NCBI GenBank assembly: GCA_017424235.1
Contig: JAFPAQ010000143.1
Location: 14,412-78,411 of the forward strand
DNA: 64,000 nt
Direction: 5' to 3'
Origin: Lachnospiraceae bacterium
GTDB lineage: Bacteria; Bacillota; Clostridia; Lachnospirales; Lachnospiraceae
In this document: positions 58,889 to 64,000 of the stretch, piece by piece
How positions within the stretch are numbered: position 1 is the stretch's first letter
How the letters are laid out: each line of letters starts with the position of its first letter
Program-made: the position numbers and the translations under genes
Notes under the pieces: model-generated
What the model was told of the DNA's origin: nothing
Database searches by the model: none
Seen by the model: only the letters and a program-made list of their open reading frames with translations

Positions 58889-59824
58889 GTGATTGCCGTG
58901 AGTGGAACAATATTTTACTTTAATTGGGAAGTTGCATTAATCGAATGGCTTCAAAATTTTGCAAGCCCACTTTTAGTTTCGATAGTGAGTTCTTTCTCGA
59001 TATTTGGAGAAGAATTGCTTATTATAGGTGTTTTGGGATTTTTTTATTGGAGTTATGACAAAAAACTAGGAAGACATCTTGGAACAACGCTTCTTGTTGC
59101 ACTTATGATAGCCCCCATGATAAAAAATATTGTTGTGCGTCGAAGACCTTATTTTGATAATGAGGGCATTAGATGTTTAAGACCTGTTAAAAAAGGCGCA
59201 GAATTGTATGATATAGCTGCTCATGGATATTCGTTTCCGAGTATGCATTCAATAAATGCAATAATCTTGTATAGTGGATTGGCTATTCATTTTAAAAAGA
59301 AAATAGGATATTTTTTTGCTGCTATTTTGGTGTTTATGGTTGGATTTTCAAGAGTTTTTGTGGGAGTGCATTATCCTACAGATGTACTTGCCGGTTGGGG
59401 AATAGGTATTTTAATAATATGGCTTATACCTATTGTTCAAAGAAAAATAAATAATAGTCTGATTTTTGCAATTGTTTTGGCAATTTTGGCGTTACCAGGC
59501 TGGTTTTACTGTACAAGTGATGATTTTTATACTGTATATGGAATTATGTGTGGAATGATGTTAGGATTTTGGTTTGAAGAAAAGAAAGTTAATTTTGAAA
59601 ATACAAATAATATCATACATATGATTTTAAGAGTAGTTGCAGGTGGTGTTCTATTTTTGGCAATAACAGTTGTTTTAAAAATGCCATTTTCAGAAGAACT
59701 TTTAAAATCAGGAAATTTTATAGCTCATATGGTTAGGGCTTTACGCTATTTTGTGGCTTCGTTTGTCGTTATAGGTATATACCCGATTTCATTCAAATTA
59801 TTTAACAAAAATATAGAAAATTAA
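58889..59824 (+). CDS. PAP2-family membrane phosphatase
   Basis: KNIVVRRRP, YSFPSMH, SRVFVGVHYPTDV. Confidence 0.92.
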   Translation: MIAVSGTIFYFNWEVALIEWLQNFASPLLVSIVSSFSIFGEELLIIGVLGFFYWSYDKKLGRHLGTTLLVALMIAPMIKNIVVRRRPYFDNEGIRCLRPVKKGAELYDIAAHGYSFPSMHSINAIILYSGLAIHFKKKIGYFFAAILVFMVGFSRVFVGVHYPTDVLAGWGIGILIIWLIPIVQRKINNSLIFAIVLAILALPGWFYCTSDDFYTVYGIMCGMMLGFWFEEKKVNFENTNNIIHMILRVVAGGVLFLAITVVLKMPFSEELLKSGNFIAHMVRALRYFVASFVVIGIYPISFKLFNKNIEN

Positions 59825-59839
59825 TATTATATAATATGT

Positions 59840-59875
59840 AATAAAAAAAGTGCATTTAAATGCACTTTTTTTATT
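59840..59875. terminator. Bidirectional terminator (perfect 36-bp palindrome)
   Basis: AATAAAAAAAGTGCATTT|AAATGCACTTTTTTTATT between convergent genes. Confidence 0.75.
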
Positions 59876-59882
59876 TTATATA

Positions 59883-59907
59883 AAATTGCGATTGTATAAA
59901 CCATTTA
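59883..59907 (+). repeat. Direct repeat copy 2
   Basis: 22/25 identity to 58644-58668. Confidence 0.6.
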
Positions 59908-59920
59908 ATCAAAATACAGC

Positions 59921-60532
59921 TTAGGCTGCCATTTTCTTGTTGTCAGTAATATTAATAAATAATCCTGCCTTTTTGAGTGCCGGTCTAAGAGCATTGTATA
60001 CAAATACAACAACAACTGTACCAACAATAGCATTGATAGCAGTAGCACCTGCTGCCCATGTAGATATGATTTTAGCAGCTGGTGAAGGAACTCCTAAAAT
60101 GAAATTTTTGTAGAAATATCCAACGATTGGATCTGCGATAACATTAAATCCAAGTCCTGCAATGCTTGCGATAAGAGACCATTTTAATATATACTTTGTG
60201 TCATTACTTTCTGTTATATGTGCAATTTTGTGAGCAACAAAACCAGCAATAAGTCCGATACAAAGCTTTAAAATAAATGTCTTGGGAGCACTTGTTATGT
60301 ATGCTGGATCAAGAAGATCTGCTATTGTCATACCAAGAGAACCTGCAATTCCACCATATACGCCGCCAAGAATAAGTGCTGCCAGTACACAGAAAGCATT
60401 TCCTATATGTAATGCAACAGTGTCTCCGCCTGGTACAGGAATAGGTATTTTCAAGAATGTAAATGCTATATAGCATAACGCTGCCATTAATCCTGTCAGA
60501 GTTAATTTGTATATTTTGCTGTCCGTTTTCAT
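59921..60532 (-). CDS. ECF transporter S component (vitamin uptake; B6/HMP-type possible)
   Basis: TGLMAAL, LHIGNAF, GGIAGSLGMTIADL, APKTFILK; SD aaggagag before ATG 60532. Confidence 0.88.
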   Translation of the reverse strand: MKTDSKIYKLTLTGLMAALCYIAFTFLKIPIPVPGGDTVALHIGNAFCVLAALILGGVYGGIAGSLGMTIADLLDPAYITSAPKTFILKLCIGLIAGFVAHKIAHITESNDTKYILKWSLIASIAGLGFNVIADPIVGYFYKNFILGVPSPAAKIISTWAAGATAINAIVGTVVVVFVYNALRPALKKAGLFINITDNKKMAA

Positions 60533-60788
60533 AATACTCTCCTTCATAATTGATTTTTTAATAGTATTCCAAGTAACTATTACTAGTATATACATATCTG
60601 AATATTTAAAAATGCACAATTTTATTATTTTTTTAATGTACAGTTTACCGGGGCATAAATGTACATATATTAAATTTTCATAATAACATAGATATTTATT
60701 GATATTGCAAAAAAAAGATGCTATTATTTAAATAGACAGATAAATACAACAAACATAATAAATAAAGAGAAAAAAGGAGAAGTGATAT

Positions 60789-62087
60789 ATGTTTGCTCAG
60801 TTATTTTCAAAATACTTAGTTGATCAAAATGTGATTACAGATGTTCAAAGAGAAGATATATTAGAAAAAATGTCTGGTACAAGAGCAAAAATGGGTACAA
60901 TAGCTGTAGCTGAAAAGATGCTTACAGAAGAACAGGCAGATGAACTGAATCAGCTTCAGACTCAGGTGGATAAAAGATTTGGTGATCTTGCAGTAGAAAA
61001 AGGATATTTGACAGATGATGATATTGCAACTCTTTTGAAAAAACAGGGAAGTCCTTATATTCTTTTTATTCAGTTAGCTGAGGAGCTTGCCAATATACCG
61101 TTGTCAGAGGTGGAAACACATTTAGCACAATTTCAAAAAGTGCAGGGATGGTCTGATGAAGAAATGGAGGCATTGAAAAAAGACGATATTGATTATCTTC
61201 TTCCTGTAATTGCGCCATGTTCAAATTCTATTGTTTCTGATTTAACGGGTCTGGCATTAAGATGTATAGTCAGATTTGTTACAACCAATTACTATGTAGG
61301 AAGACTTAAAAAAGCAAGTGAATTAGCATATGACAAATTGTCTGGACAGTTTTTGTTAGGCGCACATAAATTGTTTGTTGGTTTTGCAAGTGAAAAAGAT
61401 AGCAATGGACTTAGCATAATGGCTGGTAAATATGCCAAAGAGACTTTTGAAGATGATAATGATGAGATTTATGACGCAATTGGAGAGTTTACTAACTGTT
61501 TAAATGGTCTTTTTGCGATTGATATGGGCAATAAAGAAATAGATGTAGATATGGAGCCTCCTGTAGCATATAAGAACAGCACTCTTACCGGTTCATTCTA
61601 CGTTATGCCGGTTTATATAGAAGACAGACTTGTAAATCTTGTAATAAGTGCAGATACTGATATCAATATGGGCAGCGATGAACTCAAGCTTGATATTGGC
61701 AAAAAAGAAGGAGTACAGCCGGTTGCTGATGGAAAGGAAACAGTTTTGATAGTAGATGATTCCAAAATGTCAAGAAAAGTATTACGAGACATTTTGGAGA
61801 AACAAGGATATCAGATTGTTGGAGAAGCAGTAGATGGTGTTGAGGGTGTTAATGAATATAACAGGCTCAAACCCGATATTGTAACCATGGATGTTACTAT
61901 GCCAAATATGGATGGTATTTTGGCACTTTCAAAGATTATAGAAAATGACCCAAATGCGAAAGTAGTTATGATTTCTGCAGCTGGACAGCAAAAAAGAATT
62001 ATAGAAGCTATAAAGATTGGTGCTAAGAAGTTTATCACAAAACCTTTTGACCAGGAGGACATTATTAAGAACCTTTCAGATTTATAA
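60789..62087 (+). CDS. MshEN-like + CheX/CheC-like phosphatase + CheY receiver fusion protein
   Basis: KMGTIAV..ML..Q..LNQLQ / RFGDLAVEKGYLT....LLKKQ; DAIGEFTNCLNG (ExxN); VLIVDDS, MDVTMP, ISA, KPF. Confidence 0.8.
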   Translation: MFAQLFSKYLVDQNVITDVQREDILEKMSGTRAKMGTIAVAEKMLTEEQADELNQLQTQVDKRFGDLAVEKGYLTDDDIATLLKKQGSPYILFIQLAEELANIPLSEVETHLAQFQKVQGWSDEEMEALKKDDIDYLLPVIAPCSNSIVSDLTGLALRCIVRFVTTNYYVGRLKKASELAYDKLSGQFLLGAHKLFVGFASEKDSNGLSIMAGKYAKETFEDDNDEIYDAIGEFTNCLNGLFAIDMGNKEIDVDMEPPVAYKNSTLTGSFYVMPVYIEDRLVNLVISADTDINMGSDELKLDIGKKEGVQPVADGKETVLIVDDSKMSRKVLRDILEKQGYQIVGEAVDGVEGVNEYNRLKPDIVTMDVTMPNMDGILALSKIIENDPNAKVVMISAAGQQKRIIEAIKIGAKKFITKPFDQEDIIKNLSDL

Positions 62088-62178
62088 TTTATCTTATAGG
62101 AAGTTGTGGCAGTGTAGTGTTGGTTAAATAAACATTTCGAAGAAATATTTGCAAGGTTGATGCACTATTTTGACGCTC

Positions 62179-62223
62179 AAAAAAGGATAAAGCCTGTAAT
62201 AATGGGTTTTATCCTTTTTTTTT
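62179..62223 (+). terminator. Intrinsic terminator
   Basis: AAAAAAGGATAAAGCC...GGTTTTATCCTTTTTT followed by a T run. Confidence 0.8.
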
Positions 62224-62250
62224 GACTATACTGTAAAAATTTGATACAAT
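62222..62250 (+). promoter_or_regulatory. sigma-A promoter of the amino-acid ABC operon
   Basis: TTGACT-17 nt-TACAAT with extended -10 TG. Confidence 0.7.
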
Positions 62251-62293
62251 CATAGGGTGTTAATGATTATACAAATATTTAAGGAGAGTACAT

Positions 62294-63817
62294 ATGAGAT
62301 TAGAAAGAAAAAATATTTTCTTTTTTATGCTTATGCTGATAATGGTTTTATCCTTATCAGCGTGTGGTAAAAATGAAAATGATGAAAACAATCAAAGTAA
62401 GATTAGTTGTATTGATGATATTGCAGGCTGTAAAATAGGTGTACAGATTGGTACTACCGGAGCAATATATGCATGTGATTACGAGGGTGATGAGGCAGGT
62501 ACTGTAGTTGAACAGTATAATAAAGGTGCAGATGCAGTTCAGGCTTTAAAACAGGGAAAAATAGACTGTGTTATTATTGATGAACAGCCTGCAATGCAGT
62601 TTGTTTCACAAAATCCGGGACTTATGATTCTTGATGAGGATTTTACCATTGAGGATTATGCACTGGTTATTGCTAAGGAAAATACAGAGCTGTTAGATGA
62701 TATAAATAGCATATTAAATGAATTAAAAGCTGATGGAACTATTGATAATATAGTAAAAAATTATATAGGCAGTGAAGAAGAAGTTGGCAATTTTCCATAT
62801 ATTCCGGCAGATATTGATCATGCCAATGGCGTTTTAACAATTGGTACAAATGCAGAGTTTCCACCATACGAGATGCATGAAAACGGAAAAATAACAGGAA
62901 TTGACATTGATATCATGAGAGCAGTCTGTGATAGAATGAATATGGAGCTTGCTATAGAAGATATGGCTTTTGATTCAGTTATCTCTGCTGTATCTACCGG
63001 TAAAGTAGATGTTGGAGCGAGTGGCTTTACAGTTACTGAAGAACGAAAAAAGAATATTAATTTTAGTGATTCTTATGCTACATCAAGGCAGGTAGTTATC
63101 GTTAAAGGGACAAGTGTTGATAGTGAAACAATGGGAATATCCGAAAAATTTTATCAGAATTTCATTGCAGACAGCAGATATAATTATTTATTGACCGGTT
63201 TGAAAAATACACTTGTGATTGCAGTTTTTGCATGTCTTATTGGTATAACACTTGGTTTTGTTATTGCTATAATAAGAACAACACATGATAGAAATGGTGG
63301 ATTAAATATATTGAATTTTATATGCAATATATATCTTGCCATTGTTCGTGGTACTCCTGTTATGATACAGCTTTTGATTATTTATTATGTCATTTTTCAA
63401 AGTGTAAATCTTGATAAAATCATAGTTGCAATTATAGCCTTTGGCCTAAATTCGGCTGCTTATGTTGCAGAAATTCTCCGTTCAGGAATTATGGCAATCG
63501 ATATAGGACAGTTTGAGGCAGGAAGAAGTCTTGGTCTTACCTACAGAATGACGCTTACTAACATTATTATTCCACAGGCGATTAAGAATGTTCTTCCGGC
63601 ATTATGTAATGAATTTATTAGTCTTTTAAAGGAAACTTCAATTAGTGGTTATATTGGATTAATGGATCTTACAAAAGGTGGAGACATTATCCGAAGTGTG
63701 ACATATGAGGCATTTATGCCCCTTATTGCAGTAGCTATAATTTATTTATTGCTTGTTTTGGGATTAAATAATGCAGTAAGAGCTTTAGAGAGGAGTTTGA
63801 GAAAGAGTGAAAAATAA
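62294..63817 (+). CDS. Polar amino-acid ABC transporter, fused substrate-binding lipoprotein + permease
   Basis: Lipobox LSAC; [18 protein letters not shown]; permease [31 protein letters not shown]. Confidence 0.92.
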   Translation: MRLERKNIFFFMLMLIMVLSLSACGKNENDENNQSKISCIDDIAGCKIGVQIGTTGAIYACDYEGDEAGTVVEQYNKGADAVQALKQGKIDCVIIDEQPAMQFVSQNPGLMILDEDFTIEDYALVIAKENTELLDDINSILNELKADGTIDNIVKNYIGSEEEVGNFPYIPADIDHANGVLTIGTNAEFPPYEMHENGKITGIDIDIMRAVCDRMNMELAIEDMAFDSVISAVSTGKVDVGASGFTVTEERKKNINFSDSYATSRQVVIVKGTSVDSETMGISEKFYQNFIADSRYNYLLTGLKNTLVIAVFACLIGITLGFVIAIIRTTHDRNGGLNILNFICNIYLAIVRGTPVMIQLLIIYYVIFQSVNLDKIIVAIIAFGLNSAAYVAEILRSGIMAIDIGQFEAGRSLGLTYRMTLTNIIIPQAIKNVLPALCNEFISLLKETSISGYIGLMDLTKGGDIIRSVTYEAFMPLIAVAIIYLLLVLGLNNAVRALERSLRKSEK

Positions 63818-64000
63818 TAGTTCAGTATCTGATAAATCAGAAATTATATTAGAGATAAAAGATTTGAGAAAATCTTTTGACGGAAATGAGATATTAAAGG
63901 GAATATCAACAACAATCAGAAAAGGCGATGTTCTTGCATTGATTGGTCCCTCCGGATGTGGAAAATCAACTTTTTTGCGTTCATTAAATCTTCTTGAGCT
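63807..64000 (+). CDS. Amino-acid ABC transporter ATPase (GlnQ-like), 3'-truncated by the window edge
   Basis: Own translation from GTG 63807: ...[20 protein letters not shown]...[20 protein letters not shown]. Confidence 0.9.
   Translation, partial: MKNNSSVSDKSEIILEIKDLRKSFDGNEILKGISTTIRKGDVLALIGPSGCGKSTFLRSLNLLE

Noticed and set aside
1346-62062. Numerous 60-160 aa antisense or alternate-frame ORFs in the track
   Set aside because: Nested in well-supported genes, with the biased composition typical of shadow frames
62088-62293. Lysine or other amino-acid riboswitch before the ABC operon
   Set aside because: Consensus elements not recognisable, and a separate promoter lies downstream of the terminator

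Overview
AT-rich, almost entirely + strand core-chromosome segment of a Clostridia genome. A Lachnospiraceae-like origin is inferred from gene content and from the split ispH/rpsA junction; this was not checked by any search. About 55 CDSs: a two-component pair, cell-wall enzymes (GH25-SH3, SH3 protein, two S11 D,D-carboxypeptidases), ligA, metA, asnS, glyS, alaS, era, recO, thyX, rpsU (missed by the ORF track), scpAB, a two-domain PPK2, a biotin-dependent Na+-pumping decarboxylase operon, cmk-ispH-rpsA, cheR, ABC/ECF transporters and one tRNA-Arg(CCG). No CRISPR array, prophage, integrase or transposase is visible. Most notable: (1) a TetR repressor fused to a C-terminal Hpt phosphotransfer domain, with an operator-like repeat at its own promoter and a stand-alone receiver gene next to it; (2) an MshEN-like/CheX/CheY three-module fusion; (3) a degenerate acidic sigma70-like protein lacking promoter-melting residues and region 4; (4) a ~200-nt multi-hairpin element between era and recO whose left end recurs near the tRNA; (5) a non-T-box attenuator-like leader on asnS; (6) a fused plasmalogen-synthase-type activator/reductase; (7) direct repeats bracketing a PAP2 gene. 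All protein calls come from motif recognition by eye, not database searches.
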